Shown piece after piece: positions 1 through 14,338 of a stretch of DNA of 64,000 nt; position 1 is the stretch's first letter; each line of letters opens with the position of its first letter. Below the pieces are notes generated by a model. That model was not told the DNA's origin and searched no databases. It was given only the letters and a program-made list of their open reading frames with translations. The DNA is from Podarcis pityusensis (Eukaryota). The position numbers and the translations under genes are program-made. The DNA is taken from the NCBI GenBank assembly GCA_964106645.2, contig OZ078259.1; one strand, given 5' to 3'.

Positions 1-1031
1 TCCTCATCAGCGTCACCATCAATTACTCTCTAAAAGAGCAGAGATCTAAACCACCTAAGCAGCCCACACTGCCCACTGGCTGCCCCTGGTAGTCTTTAGA
101 TAGCTATTATGTTCCCTCGTTTTGTTATTGCGGTTCTTCTTGAGAGAGATGGGATTTGCACAGGAATTACTCAGGCTTGTAAATAGTGTATCTGCCTTCT
201 TCTAATCACTAGGCAAACATGCTGTCAAGTCAGAAAAGAGCTTTGTAGAAATGGCTGGTTATTTGAAAAGATCATAGGAATCTTAGGTTAAAGCACAGGG
301 AAGACCGATGGCACAGTAATTAAAGCATGTTTGAAATGCCTTGCCTCTCAAAGGTCCACATCAGACCACAGCTTTGTACTTTCCATGGAGTGGGGAGTGA
401 GGTTGTGCCTGTTACCTTCTCTCCCCATCCACCCATAATCATTGTCCCATCTCCAGTGCCACCAGATGTTGATGCCTGGGTGTCGTGTTCATAAAAGCAT
501 GCACGCACAAAGTCCAGCATCCCCCCCTCCCCTTGACTGAAAATCCAGATAAAATCCTGGAGCCAATCCCTCTTCCCAGGGAACTCTGGGAATTGTAGCT
601 GTTTTAAAGTGGGATGATACTGTACAGTGCAGATGAGGCCTGAGCTTTGCACGTTATACAATTTCATCATGGAAGGTACTTGTGTGTTTGTTTTCTTCTT
701 CTTCTGACACTTGCAAATAGAATGCGAATGTTGCAATTCCCAAACCTCCCATTCTGGCTGAGGCGGACGGGATTTCAGTGACATCTGGAGGGCCACAGTT
801 TCCACAATCCTTGCTATTAAAATGGCAATCCTTTGAAAAGATATCAGATAGGAAACCAGGGGAAGAGTGGGACGGGAGTTAAAATCAAAGTTTCTAAGAG
901 TCAATTTAATTGGAGGAATAAGTTATGTCACGATCATTACTTACATACATATGTGTTATATTTAAGTTAAGGGTTTTTCTTTCTTTCTTATTACCTTGTA
1001 CTTGACTGTAACACAACATGCACTGGTGATA

Positions 1032-1259
1032 CAGTAGTACCTCGGGTTACATGCGCTTCAGGTTACATACGCTTCAAGTTACAGACTCCGCTAACCCAGA
1101 AATAGTACCTTGGGTTAAGAACTTTGCTTCAGGATGAGAACAGAAATCGTGCCGCAGCGGCACAGTGGCAGCAGGAGGCCCCATTAGCTAAAGTGGTGCT
1201 TCAGGTTAAGAACAGTTTCAGATTAAGTACGGACCTCCAGAACGAATTAAGTACCACTG
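1032..1259 (+). mobile_element. Tigger/mariner-like MITE, family A
   Basis: TA|cagtagtacctc...gtaccactg|TA; near-identical copies at 8575, 14986 and 61750. Confidence 0.88.
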
Positions 1260-1724
1260 TATGATTAAATAAAAAAAGCAAATAAAATAAAAATAAATAA
1301 ATAAAATGGCAACCCTATGGTAGGACATGACTAAATGACTAAACAACAACAAAATGGTAGGATACTTTGGCACATGGTACTGATTGGCTATGGTTTCCTG
1401 GCTCATTATGACCAACACAATGTTAATTCTTGCACCCAGTAAAAACTACCCTGAGTGTGGGAATAAGTGATAATTGAAGTGTCCCTGGGGAACACTTCAA
1501 ATAAGGATAGGAGTGTGTGGGTATATTACGTTTCTGCCACCACTGCACACAACAATCAATACGTGGTTTACCCAAAGTGCTACCTACACAGGAAATTCAG
1601 AACATTTGAAAATAAGTATGAAGAGAATTAGACCTTCTGTGGCAAGGAGGTCTCTCAATGGCTATTAGCACTGAAACCTCCAAGGCTAGGGGCACAATCT
1701 TCCTGATCAAAATGATCAAGTGGG

Positions 1725-2040
1725 CTACAGAAACGCCATTATGAGAAAAGGTTACAGCATTTGGGGCTTTTCAGTTTACAGAAAGGGTGAGTACTGGGAG
1801 CAGGGCACGGCAGTATAAAATAGACAGAGATATGTTTTCCTCCCTCTCTCGGAATGCTAGAACCTGGGGAACGTTCAATAAGGCTTCATACTGGGAGATC
1901 CCGTGCAGACAGAAAGAAGTTCTTCTTCATATTGCATATACTTAATTATGGAATCAACTCGCTCAACAAGGCCACAAACCTGGATGGTTCCAAAAGAGGA
2001 TTAGGCAAATTAATGGAGGATAAGGCTACCTTATCATGCT
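1725..2040 (+). mobile_element. Degraded CR1 LINE 3' fragment
   Basis: tatgagaaaaggttacagcatttggggcttttcagttta and gatggttccaaaagaggattaggcaaattaatggaggataaggct resemble CR1 ORF2 end / 3'UTR motifs. Confidence 0.65.
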
Positions 2041-5000
2041 GGCTGTGTTCTGAGAACCTTAGAAGAGCCTGCTGGATTAGTCCAATGGTCCACCTAGTCC
2101 TGCCATCGTGTTCTCACCATGGCCAACCAGATACCTATGGCAAAACCTGCAAGGACAAGAGCACCCTCCCTTCCCTCAGTTTCCAGCAACTGATATTCAG
2201 AAGCATGCTGCCTCTGACAGTGGAGGTGGAGCATGGCCTTATCCTCCATGAGGTTCTGCCTCCATTGTCAGAAGCAGTGTGTCTCTGAATAAAAGCTACT
2301 AGGAATCACAAGTGGGGAGAGCATGGTTGCATTCAGGTCCTGCTTGTAGGCTTCCCATGGGCATCCGGTTGACTCCTGTGAGAACAGGATTCCTGAGACA
2401 TACTAGCTTGCTCTGTGCTGATCTGCTTCTGTCTCCCAGTCTCCTCAGCAACACCACCCCTAGCTTTGCCATTCTAACTGTTGCATGTTTGTATTGAGAA
2501 AAGAAACTTTCTTTTCTTTTTTCGCAAAATGACAAAAGAGGTTCTTGCTCCAGCTAGACTTGGGGTATGTGTGTGTGTGTGTGCGTGCGCGCGCTATTAT
2601 TTAAGCATTAATGACCCACTTAAAGGTCCTTACTGGTCAGGTTATGGCCAGCTAAGGAAGTTTAGGTCCTGAAGCAAAACGCCGTCATAAAATCTTGAAT
2701 ACCAGATGGAACTGGCTCCTTGTGATTCTATTACGAAAGCTGTGTGTTAAGGGTAATGAAATATAGTTCCAAGAGTCATCTTGCCCCGACCCTTGTTCTT
2801 TATGTCTAGCACAATGTCTACAGCCATATTCCAGCCACACAAATCATGCCTTGTTTACACTAACACCTACCGCTTGCACAAGGCAGGAATTACTGCTATG
2901 GAAGGGCGGGGGGAGAGACCAGATGTGGCATTAAGAACTCTCTGTGCTGGCAAGATGAGATTGGTGGTGAGTGAACTGTGTTCCAATTATCCTCTATTTT
3001 TGCCCTGGGCAGAAATCAATGGCAAGCAAATGACGCCTCCAGTTATCAGAGCCAATATGCTGCTGAATACCAGTTGCTGGGGAACTTGAGCAGGGAGAGC
3101 ATGACAACGCGAGTGTCCTGTTCGTAAGCTTCCCAAGGACTGGCCACCATAGGAACAGAGGATTGTGCCCTACAATGTTATTCTCAGAGTAGAACCCAAT
3201 GATATTCAACAAGTTTTACTCCAAATAGTCCTATTGAATGTAATGGACCTAACTTAGTATGTTCATTAATTTCAGTGGATCCACGCTGAGTAAAAGCAAC
3301 TGAATACTACCCGGTAGGATATATCCAATGCTTGTTCTACTCAGAGTTGAACATTTGAAGTTTCATCAGTTTTGCTGGGTCCCCAGTGAGTAGAACTTCT
3401 GTGTCTACTTTTCAACTCCTGCTGAAAACTTAAAAAACAACCAAACAAACATGCAAGGTCGTGGCCATCACTGTTTCCTGCAGGAACAAGTTGCATTGTT
3501 TAACCATGCTGAAAGCAGCATATAAATGCTTAACAGTGCAATTGTAGATATGTTTACTCAAAAGCTCAATGGGGATGACTTCCAGGTAAGTGGGCCTAGT
3601 ACTTCAGCATTAAATATATACATAATGCATAAATATAAATGACCATGCTATACATACATTTTTTCACACTTTTGTAAGCTTGTAGACTTCTTTGCAAGGC
3701 TGACCACACTAAGGGGGGGAGGGGAAACCTTCTGTTTTCCTCTTGCATGGTTATTTGCATTATTCAAATGAAAACTTATTATCTTATTTTGTAATTATTC
3801 ACACAAGTTTTTGGAGAAAATCCTGAAGAAATACAAATGTGGGTGTTCCTAACATTGCTTATTTTGTGCTGTTTCCATCACGTAACAGTATGTGTGAAAC
3901 GGAAATTTAAACAGAGGCTTGGTAGCGATAACTCACAGTCAAGGTAAGGCAAAGGAATATTGGGTCATAAAAGAGCAGACAAGGTTCCGAATTGCACCCT
4001 GGACAGTCCCCGGTTCTTGCTGCTGTCGGAGGCAGGGAAGACACCAGGGTCCTCGTAACAGCTTCTCAGACTTACAACCTCATAACAACATTGATTTGGG
4101 TCCTGATTTATGGCATCATTTGTCCTTGGCAAGAGGCACTCACCATGATGCCTCAGAGGAGAAAAAGTAAAACAGTGCTTGCCTGTGAAAACTTTTAAAA
4201 GAGGGAGAAAGGAGAGAGTTAAAAAAAAAAAAAATGACTGAGAAAATCAAGATGTGCTCAGCAATTTGTACTTTTTTCCCTTGCCATATATCACTTCTAT
4301 GAAAGTGTATCAACAAAAGTTGACTCCCATCATTCTAAATGTAAAGCCTGAATCTCAAGTATTCTACATACTGGGCTTCATTCAAACTACATATAAACAG
4401 GTAGGGCTGGCCCAAGACAATGGCACTCCACTCCCTACTGCTAGGGAAGAAGTGGTGAGGGAAGATCTACATCAGAAACAAGGGGGGAAAGAAAAAGAAA
4501 TCTACATCAGGATCTGCTGCCCTAGCGGATCCTGCCACCTGAGGCAGTCACCTCACCTTGCCTCATGGGTGGGCCGGCCCCATAAACAAGGATGGCCCAC
4601 TTATACATATTTTCAGGGGACACCCCATTACTTTGCTCTAGTTTGGAGGCCTTGAGCTCCTTGGAAGAAAGGGAGGACCTGAACATAAGAAATAAATGCA
4701 ATTTGCCCAACCCCTCATTGATCACCTGGCTCTGTAAATTAGCACTGCTTATCAGTAAAGTCTTCCTAGTTATGGAGAGCACATGTGCTCAGATAGCATA
4801 AGGTCAATGATGTGCAGCAGGAGGGAAGCAAGGAAAGAATGTTCTTGAAACATCCCTTGAGGCGGAGTCATATCTGAGGATGAGGGACAAAATGATATAA
4901 TCTTGCAAGCTCCTCTTTCTTTTGACTGTGCCCCCACCCACTATCAGTTGCAATCATTGACTGATTTTTCCATGGTTCAGTGGCCTTTCATGGGGGCGGG

Positions 5001-8000
5001 GGGAACGTTTCCCAGCTCCAAGCTAAGAAGCTATCAGGCAGCAGCACCTGCTCAGACACTGGAGAGCTGTGGCCAATCAGAGGGGAGAATACTAAACTAG
5101 ACGAACCAGCGGGCTGACTAGGTATAAGACAAATTGAAAGGTTCTTTTTGTGTCAGGAGGTAGAACCAGGAATCCACAGATCAGCGCCTCATTATGGTGA
5201 CCTATGAGAACTGCAGTTTGGAATGTCTACATGGCTGGCAGTAAATGAATTAACTGGCTCCAGACTAGAAACTGCCAGACCAGTGGTACATCAAGCCCAG
5301 TATTGTCTACACTTATTTGCTGCAGCTATCTGTGATTTCAGAGTGGGGCCTCTCCCAGGTCCACCTGGAGAAGCCAGGGGTTGGACCTGGGACTTTCTTT
5401 ATGCAAAGTAGATGCTCTACCGCTGAGCTATGGACCTCCCCTAGACTAGCCCCACCCATGCTGACCATGCCCCCCACCCTAGACAGGAAGGGCTGCAACT
5501 GACTTTCTGTTTTGGTTGGGGCTTTGCCTAAGCAATAACATACTTCCTGGTTGTGGTGTATTTTGGCTTCAGTGCTAAGCACTAGACACATTTCATGCTC
5601 CCCTAGCCACCAGCTCATCTCTACAGCTGTGTGTGGCAGCTGTCAGAAAAGAGCCAGGAGACTTACAGAATTTGGCAGCAGTCCTTTGCATTTCCAAAAG
5701 AGGCGATGAGAGAGGGGGCCGGGGGGGGGGAGAGAATCTCCATGGTGAGCAAAATGGTTTGCCCATACCTTGATTAAAATCTGTTGAGTGAGGTAGGCCC
5801 CCAGAAAGTTGCTTCTGGGGCCATATTCTGCAGCTCCGTGCCTTCTGAGGTCATATCCAGTTGGTGACCCCTGGCACATAAAAATAGCTAAATTATAAAC
5901 CTCTGCATTGGAGGGTTAAGAGCAAAAATGTGCTGACCTTGCCAAAAATGATGAAATAGTTCTTGCTAGCATCCCTATAATTAATCTAAGTATAATGCCA
6001 TTACAGCGAATGTTGCTTTTGTAAGATAATTCCCAGGCGAGGAAGCCTTTTTGTCCTCACTGTAAAGCGCTCCCCTCAAATGCAGTTTATCGCCGGCCAC
6101 ACAGACAAAAGCGTGGTTTGCTAAAAAGGGGGATTAGGTCTGGAAGCAATATCTTAATCAAATCCAAATTTTCTTCTGTAAAACAAATCTTTGGGCTTTT
6201 GCTGAATTAGTAGCATCTAATGCCTTAAGATAGAGACATGAAACTGTGCAGTAAAATAATGCACAGCTGGAGACTGCACTCTGCCATCCTGCTTTTTGCC
6301 ATTTACAAGTGCATCTATCTAACCTCCCACCAGCCCACCTACACATTATATGGTCATAAACTACCGAGGCAATGTCTAAATTATACTCTGAAAACTCCAG
6401 GTTAGAAAACAGGGCAGTGAAAGAATTCACCTCATGCAGCTTATTCATTTCTGTAGGAACAGAAGGCTCCGATTCCACCTTGGATGCAGCTCATTTTGAA
6501 CAAAGCTCCTGGATATGCAAGCATAAATTAAGGCATTATTGGGATTTATGCAATGAGGTACAAAAGGAAAGTAACAAGACAGGGAACTATTTTTAAAAAG
6601 GGGAAATGGTAAGGGGAGCAGGAAAGCAGTTGGCGTAAGAACACAAAGGCAAGTGGGAAGGGAGTTTGGGAGGGCATCCAGGGGGCAGCGGAATCATGCA
6701 GCGGGGCAGGGACAGCATGATCTGTTCAAGATGAGCTGTAAGCAGCTGTCATGGGATGGGAAGGGTTGGGAAACAGGGAGTCTTGGTTGAACAACATACT
6801 GCAAAACCACACTAGAGCCATGTCCTGCCAGTCTAGGAATACCCAATGGCCAGCTAGGGTAAGTGAGGCCAGTCCAGAGCTTGAGAATACTGCATCTCTC
6901 ATAGCTCCCCACACGGGGCAGCTGTTTGTAGCTCAGTAATAGAGCTTCTGACTTGCATGCAGAAGAATCCAGGTTCAATCCTGGCTGTCTACAGGCAGGG
7001 CTGGGAAAGACTTATGGATGAAATCTGGAGAACCACTGCTAGTAGTCAGTGTGGTCTGACCCTGTATAAGGCACATTCCTGTGATTTAACTGTAAATCAG
7101 TGGGCGATTTGGACACATCTCCATTCCTCAGTGTTTGTTCTCTCTCTCTCTCTCTCTCTCTCTCTGACAGAATGTGGAATCTGTAAGTGTGAAGAATTGT
7201 ACACCTTCACACAGGCCTTGATATGCAGTTCGAAAAACCCTGGGGTACTGACATAAAACTAGCCCTTCTTGAAAAGATACTCAGCCTCTTAGCAATTTCT
7301 TATTTGATACAAAACTGTCACTTAACTCTTTTTCAAACCTGCCTTTATTCCTTTTCCTTTGGGGGGCAGGTTCCACTGTAGATTTCAGAATCAATTAAAC
7401 AATAATTAAGCATTGATTAGGGAATGCGTAATCCTGCAGTTTTGCACACTTCTCGTACAGTTCATTTTAGCTAATGATGAAGCTGTCAGGCAGAGTCCAA
7501 AGTCTTTGCTTTATGAATCTGGCAATTCCTCACCCCCACCCAAAGCTCGTGTGTCGAATAAAAACACCTAGCTGTTTTTGAAGTTTGTATGGGTTGAGAA
7601 GAGGGACAGATGTAATATACTGCATCCATTGTTTCTTACCAGCAGTGCTAATTGTCGAGAAAAAGAGGTGCTGGAGCTCACCATGAACCTCTCCCTTATT
7701 CTTTTACAATGGCAATGGTGCTCACCTGAGAGGTGCTGGTGAGCTCTGGCTGGGGAAAAAACCCTGATGATGACTGTGTGCCAAAATGGTAGTGCAACAT
7801 CAACCCACCCTTACAGTGGCACACCAACACTGCTGGTTTCAAGACTGTTGTTTGTTTCCCTGGAAGAGCACTTTTGACAAGTCACCTGCATTTGTTTAAA
7901 TTGCAGTTGTTATTTGCCAGTGTGCAAATTTATACATATAAACCAGCATATACAAATCTGTGACCATGTCTGTTCTCTCTCTCTCTCGCTTTTGGAGATA

Positions 8001-8574
8001 CATTTCCTTTCTGTGGGGTGTGGATGCATAAGCGGCCACTCTCCAGTTCTTTTAGAAAAGGCTTAAAGTTGCTAAGCACTATGCAATTACATCTGCACTT
8101 GTTTCAGTTGTGTGAGCAGCCCGGAAGGCCGAAGGGCAGGATAGAGATGGAAACCGAAAATAAATTGCAACTGAATGAATAAGCAAATGCAGCCCGGCGC
8201 AGACCGAGAAAATGTCTTCGATGTTTGTCGGATCAAAGGCAACTCATCAACACACTTTTAAAATTCTGAATCTGCATAATATTGTCCCAGCTTTTCAACA
8301 GTCTCAGCCGGCTGCCAGCTGCTGAGCACGGGGAGGATTGCTTCTCCCGCCCCCCCCTTTCACAAGCTCAAAACCGCCGCTTTCCTTGCAGAACTCATTC
8401 TAGATTAAGGATGACCTCACCTGTGACCAGGTTATATTGCTAGACATGACAATCTGTTCTTCACAGCTAGCATTACCCAGCACAGGATGTGGCTATGTAC
8501 CTGGGAGTTGTGAAACATGACCACAACACAAGAAGGGTTACTCCAGTGCCTGGAGCTCCATTCCTGAATATGTA

Positions 8575-8802
8575 CAGTGGTACCTCAGGTTACAGATGCT
8601 TCAGGTTACATACGCTTCAGGTTACACACTCCACTAACCCAGAAATAGTACCTCGGGTTAAGAACTTTGCTTCAGGATGAGAACAGAAATTGTGCGGCAG
8701 TGGGAGGCCCCATTAGCTAAAGTGGTGCTTCAGGTTAAGAACAATTTCAGGTTAAGAACGGACCTCCAGAACAAATTAAGTTCTTAACCCAAGGTACCAC
8801 TG
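8575..8802 (+). mobile_element. Tigger/mariner-like MITE, family A
   Basis: TA|cagtggtacctc...aggtaccactg|TA. Confidence 0.9.
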
Positions 8803-11569
8803 TACTTGGTACTCCAGGGGGCATCCCATTAGGGCAGAGGTGGGGAACCTTTTTCAGCCACATTCTCTTCTGCGCAATCTTCAAGGAGCTGTGGTGGGCC
8901 AAGCCAGAGGCAAAAGTGGACAGTGCAATGAATGCAAATATTACCTTTCTACAGTAGGGTGCTTTCTACACACCCCTCTCCCTTTCTACCATCTAATCAG
9001 GCAAGAGGCATAATCAGGGTCCAAAGTAGGGCAGGTGATGGCCATGGCCTGGGGAAGGTGTGCAAGCTGGGGAGTGTCCTGAAGGTCATACAGAGGGCCT
9101 GCAGGGCCACATTTGAACCTGAGGTTCTGCATCCTTGCATAAAAAGGGGGGGTCAGTCAATTTTAAGGAAGATCATTCTAGCAACTGTTCTGAGCCATGG
9201 CAGATGACCAGAGCTTGCAGGTTCAGAGAGACAGGATGCCACTGAATTGCAGCTGGGAAGGAAAGGTGAGCTATTGTCACCATGGCTCGCTTGTACATAG
9301 GGATGGAGAAGTCAATTTTTTTAAAGCCAACTGTCCTCATTAATAGCTCCCAAACTAATGCATGCATCAGGATGTAATTCACACTTCTCCAAGTTTTGGA
9401 GTAGTTATTGGTTTTTTAAAATGTGCCAAATGTACCAAAATGTTTCTTTTTAAAATAAAATACTCAATTTAGGGTACTGTGTACATTGAGATTAAATGTA
9501 TATTAAAATAGGCATTCAAATATGACTGTGTGTAGGTTGTGTTTTTTTTAAAAAAGATAAATAAATAAAATAAAAATGCAGAATTTAGATGGATTTATGA
9601 ATGAACATTTGAGAACGGATACAGACCTGAAATGGACTGATGTATCCATTCCAAACTTATGGGCTTCCCAGAGGCTACACCTTGCTATCTTCAACCTGGT
9701 GGTTAGCAATAGGATTTTCTGTGCCCGGTAGCCTACACTGTATGTGAATTACAGGCCCTCTGACCCACTTGCAAAAGATGACATAGATTTGCATTAAGAA
9801 TGTGCATGTGCTTTGCATCGTTGCAAATGTGTGTTCTCTTTTTTTGCAGGCAGAGTGGAAGGCCTAAAATATGTTGGTGGCCACAAATATTAGAAAATGT
9901 CTAATGGACATAATGTGAACAGGTGAACATCTGGCTTTGTAGGTCAAGCTGAAGCAAAGCTCCTGGAGAGCCCAATCTGATGCTGCCACCTACAATGTTA
10001 TTCTTTTTAAACATTATTTTAAAACATGTATCATCGGGGGGGGGGGGGGAGGGAGGTTACAGGCACTTGCCCCTTATACCCCTGCCCAGTCACTTCATTC
10101 CTTTGAAGGGGCACTGTGAAGAGTTCCGGATGCCCCAGAGGTATGACATCATCTAGAAACTGGGCCTTAACTTATATTTCCAGCAATAAGGATTCAGCTT
10201 CTGAATGAACTCAGACACAAGAGCCTCACATTTTGGCTTTTAGGTGGTTATTGAAAGCTTTTAAAGAGTACATTCGCCAACAATCACTTTTTCTTATCAA
10301 GAAATGGGAAGCCTACGGAGATGGTTTCGTGAGATTTACAGGCTCTATTTGAAATCAAAGGTTATTCTATGTACTGCCGTTAAGGACTGTTAATGGTACT
10401 TGATAATATTGATGTCACTCTTTATGTAAAGCAATATAATTAGTAATGCTGTTACTCCTATACTTCCTTTGTTGCCCTAATTGCATCACCATAAACATAA
10501 TTTACTCCAGAGGAATAGAGAAGAGAATAGTATGCGTTTGTGTGTTCAGTTGCTGGTTCCTCCTCCCAGCACATCCACCGAAAGGCACAGAGCAGAGATG
10601 CAAAAGGCTACTTGTGCTTTCCAGCACCGATGATACAAGCAACTCTGAGGTTTCCTGACCTAAGTAACAAACTCAACACGGAAGGCAATATATCAAACTG
10701 ACAGTATCACCGTGAAAGGAGTGAGAGAGGCGGAGGAATGGAAGAAAAGGCTCAAAGTGTGACTGTTGCAGTCACCCATGGTGTTCGCCTGGAACTCTTG
10801 ATTGATGACCCACCCAGAATCAGCAGAGAGATCCTGCAAGGTTGAATTCCAAGACTGGAACTGGAATTTGGTCTCAGAGCTAGCAGGGGGGTGGGGTAGG
10901 TGGGGGTAAATTCCATACCACCTCAGACCTTCTTGGCCATTTTGCAGCAAAGGAAGTGGAGAAACAGCAGGGCTGGCTCAAGAAAAGCAAGAAAGGGGCA
11001 AGGTGGTATTCCCCTATCCCACAATTCCACTTGCAGAAGGCAAATAGACCAGCAGTTGAATCTTACTTCAACACTGGTGTCAACCATTGCACCTGATTAG
11101 CACAGGACTAGTTTGGAGGGTATACAACAGGCTATACACAGCCATGTGCTCTAGGGTGGGGCTCAGAAAAAATGTTTGTGGGAGCTGTCATCACCCCTAT
11201 AATCTGCCACCTGAGCAGGCTGCCTCAGTCTAGCAAATGACAGTACAAGCCCTGCAGAAACAACCACTTGATAGAATCCCAGAGCTCAAAGATCTCTCAC
11301 CGCACACAGAGCCAACTCAGTCAGTTGACCAGCCAGATTTTGTCAACTGACCTCCTATTTATTATTTGACTGCTATCAAAATACTCCATGAAGCCAAGAG
11401 CACCCTTGTGTAAGCAGCGCTCTCCTTTTTCCATTGCATCATTATGGAATTCAGTGCCAATAAGGAAAAAGTGAGGGCCCTTTGCTCCTCAGTCTGGCAG
11501 GACATAGGAAAACAGGAAGCTGCTTTATACTGAGTCAGACCAGTTGGTCAGCCTAGCTCTGTGTTGTCC

Positions 11570-11910
11570 CAGACCCTCCAAGTGTCCCTATTTTCCAGGG
11601 AGGTCCCTGATTTAGAGAAGCCATCCTGGTTTCTGATTTGATCCCAGAATATCCCACTTTTCCTTAGGATGTCCCTGTTTTCATAGGAGAAATGTTGGAG
11701 GGCATGGAGTTATCCAACCCCTAAGCCATCTGAAGGCAATCCTGTATAGGGAAGTTTTTTATGTTTAATGTTTAATTATGTTTTTATATATGCTGGAAGC
11801 TAGCCAGAGTGGCTGGGGAAACCAAGTCAGATGTGTGGGGTATAAATAGTAAAATTATCATTATGGAATGGGATGTCCATATTTTCATTGGAGAAATGTT
11901 GGAGGGTATG
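11570..11910. mobile_element. hAT-like MITE with an internal L2 3' end, inserted into a tRNA-SINE
   Basis: TIR cagaccctccaa / ttggagggtatg with a duplicated ttgtcc flank. Internal ccagagtggctggggaaacc...ggggtataaat matches the L2 tail at 28220-28275. Confidence 0.7.
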
Positions 11911-13371
11911 TTGTCCACACTAAGGAGCAGTGGTTCTCCAGGATTTCAAATGGAGGCCTCTCCCAGCCTTATCTGGTGATGTGGGGGATTGGACATAGGA
12001 CCTTCTGCATGCAAAGCAGATGCTTGGCCAATGAGCTATGTTCCTTCCCATAGACCCTACTTAGGGTCACACATGTGCCACTCTCATTTTTCTACCTAGA
12101 AAATGTCTCCAATTTCTCCCATTCTAATTAAACCCTAAGACTCAGTCCAACTTGATAGAAACCAGATTTCTGCATGTTTATGGGATAGCACCATTAATCC
12201 CTTAAGAAGATGAATTTACTTCAGTGACAAGCAACATTCCACCAGCCCCCTGCCTCCCTCAAAAATGGAAGTACTAATCCAGGGCCCCATTCAGAATGCA
12301 CAGAAGTGCCCCCAAAATGTGCATTACCACATTCTGGAACAAAGCAATACACATTAAGTCCATAGTTTAATACCCCTCTTGGTAAAGCCTAGGCACAGGT
12401 TTACTATCTTATTAAGAGCCAAGTTGGAGATATTTCTCAGCCCAACCAGGGATTGAACTGACGACCTTCTCAATGCAAAGCAAATGCTCCACCACTGAGC
12501 TATGGCCTCTTTTTTGCCATCTTAGTATCGTTTACACTACAATAGTTTGGTAGTTAACATAACCCCCCCCCCCCCATTTCCTTGTCACTATCCTAATTTG
12601 ATCAATACTTTATCAGTCAATTGGTCAAGTTCTTTGTTGTTGCTGCGGGTGAAACGACAACGCTTCAGCCACCACCAAATGGGACAATATAAAGTGGTCT
12701 CCGTATTACAGCCACATTTGTGCGGGCGCTAAGTCAAGCGCAGAAGAAAAAGAATATTAACATTAATGCATGATGTTGGCATTCACATTTGCTGGGAAGA
12801 ATGCAAATTTGAACAACAGACTTCACAATGCTAGCCCTGAATTGTAATTCAATTTATCCATGAAACCAATTTCTGTCCTCGGCGTTTTATGTTTTATGGT
12901 ATGAAACAGAATATTATTTGCTGTAATGTAGTTTATTTAACCCTAACCTGATGCTGTCCGACGGTGGAGGCAGATATGCTGAAAATGTTAATAATACGAC
13001 ATGCAGTGCAGATTAAAATTTCAATTGTGTTTCCCCTCATCTCCTTTAGAAAGTTAATGAATTAATGAATCTTTAAAGGACAGTCAGGGAGGCCTTCAAA
13101 AGAAGATGCCTTTTTGAGTAAGGAGAGAAAGTGGCAGATTACAACTTAATGGCTTCAGAATAATGGTGATTTCCCTATTTTTTCTCGACTCGCCTTGGCT
13201 CAGCTAATGGCTTCATTAACCACACTCCCCCATCGAATAATGGAAGACCATGTGACATCCATCTTAGTCACATCACAATAAAACCAGTTAAATACAATTC
13301 AGCTACCTGCCTGCTCGCTGGCAGTGTTAGAAGGCAGAATTAGCAACACAATCAATACAAACTTGAGTATA

Positions 13372-13374
<3 letters not shown>

Positions 13375-13409
<35 letters not shown>
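13375..13409. repeat. (TA)n microsatellite; others at 13923-13960 and 37045-37077
   Basis: Seen directly. Confidence 0.95.
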
Positions 13410-13412
<3 letters not shown>

Positions 13413-13703
13413 TGCTATTGAACTTTTGAAAACACCTCTATGCTGATTAAGTAGCTGTAGAACATGAGGTTTCAAAATGTACAAAAAGCCTCCCCAGTTT
13501 GATGTCAGAACATAAGAAGGGTACCTATGACTGAAATTCAAAGGGAGATATTCAACTAGGTCATATTTCTTAGACCCATTGATTGCTCCAAGCATGTCTT
13601 AACAGTGTTCTCACTATTCAGGTAAATTGCTCCCTGGTTATCAACTGCTTTGCAGGCTGTGGTTGCACAATGCCATGTACTTCTGATCTCCCTATCCTAC
13701 CAG

Positions 13704-13879
13704 CAGTGCTTTTTTCCCCTTGGGGGATGCAGGGGGATGCATACGCCTAAGCATTTTGTGAATCTTTGTACTTTTGTCCATTTACTGTATTTATTTTTCC
13801 TGATTTGAACTATAAAATGATGGTTTTCTTGAGTTAAAATAAGAGTACCCCTAAACATTTTTTAGGAAAAAAAGCACTG
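13704..13879. mobile_element. hAT-type MITE
   Basis: TIR cagtgctttttt / aaaaaagcactg with a perfect 8-bp TSD cctaccag. Confidence 0.85.
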
Positions 13880-13919
13880 CCTACCAGTAATGTTCAGTGG
13901 ATGAAAGGGGGTACAGTTT

Positions 13920-13962
<43 letters not shown>

Positions 13963-14319
13963 CAGGTAGACGGCCCCAGGATCATTATGTGGCATCAGCA
14001 GCCAGCTAAAGGGAAGTATTATTATTATTACAATTAATGTACTAATCACCTTCCAAACCATCACCTGAAGGCGACTTACACATAAGATAATTGAAAACAG
14101 AAACACAAATACAGCAAATGCATTTAAAGCAAGACTAAAACCTAGCACATGGACGCTCATGGGAAAGACCCATTTATCCAGCAGGGAAAGCCTGTCGTAA
14201 CAAAAATATCTCAACCAGAGACCCTTGATAACCATTGGCAGTCAGAGTAGGCCCATACAGAAGATAATGGACAAACCTATACTGGTGAGTTGTAACGTTA
14301 TAAATGTGTTATAGAAATG

Positions 14320-14338
14320 TGACACCAGGGGGCGCTGT
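14320..14338 (+). promoter_or_regulatory. Candidate CTCF site
   Basis: tgacaccagggggcgctgt closely matches the consensus CCACCAGGGGGCGC; motif evidence only. Confidence 0.5.

Noticed and set aside
320-904. 194-aa ORF containing CFYEHD, reminiscent of AFF2 exon 2 (CHYEQD)
   Set aside because: No AG acceptor before it and no following RSALKKREWERRN; the ORF also runs through repeat fragments.
6925-6990. tRNA-like A/B boxes, here and in many other places
   Set aside because: These are SINE heads continuing into SINE bodies; no intact cloverleaf is evident.
10776-10833. Possible minus-strand cassette exon (cttgcag|...ACCATGG|gtgact)
   Set aside because: Weak pyrimidine tract and donor, and no similarity to AFF2; it would need RNA-seq support.
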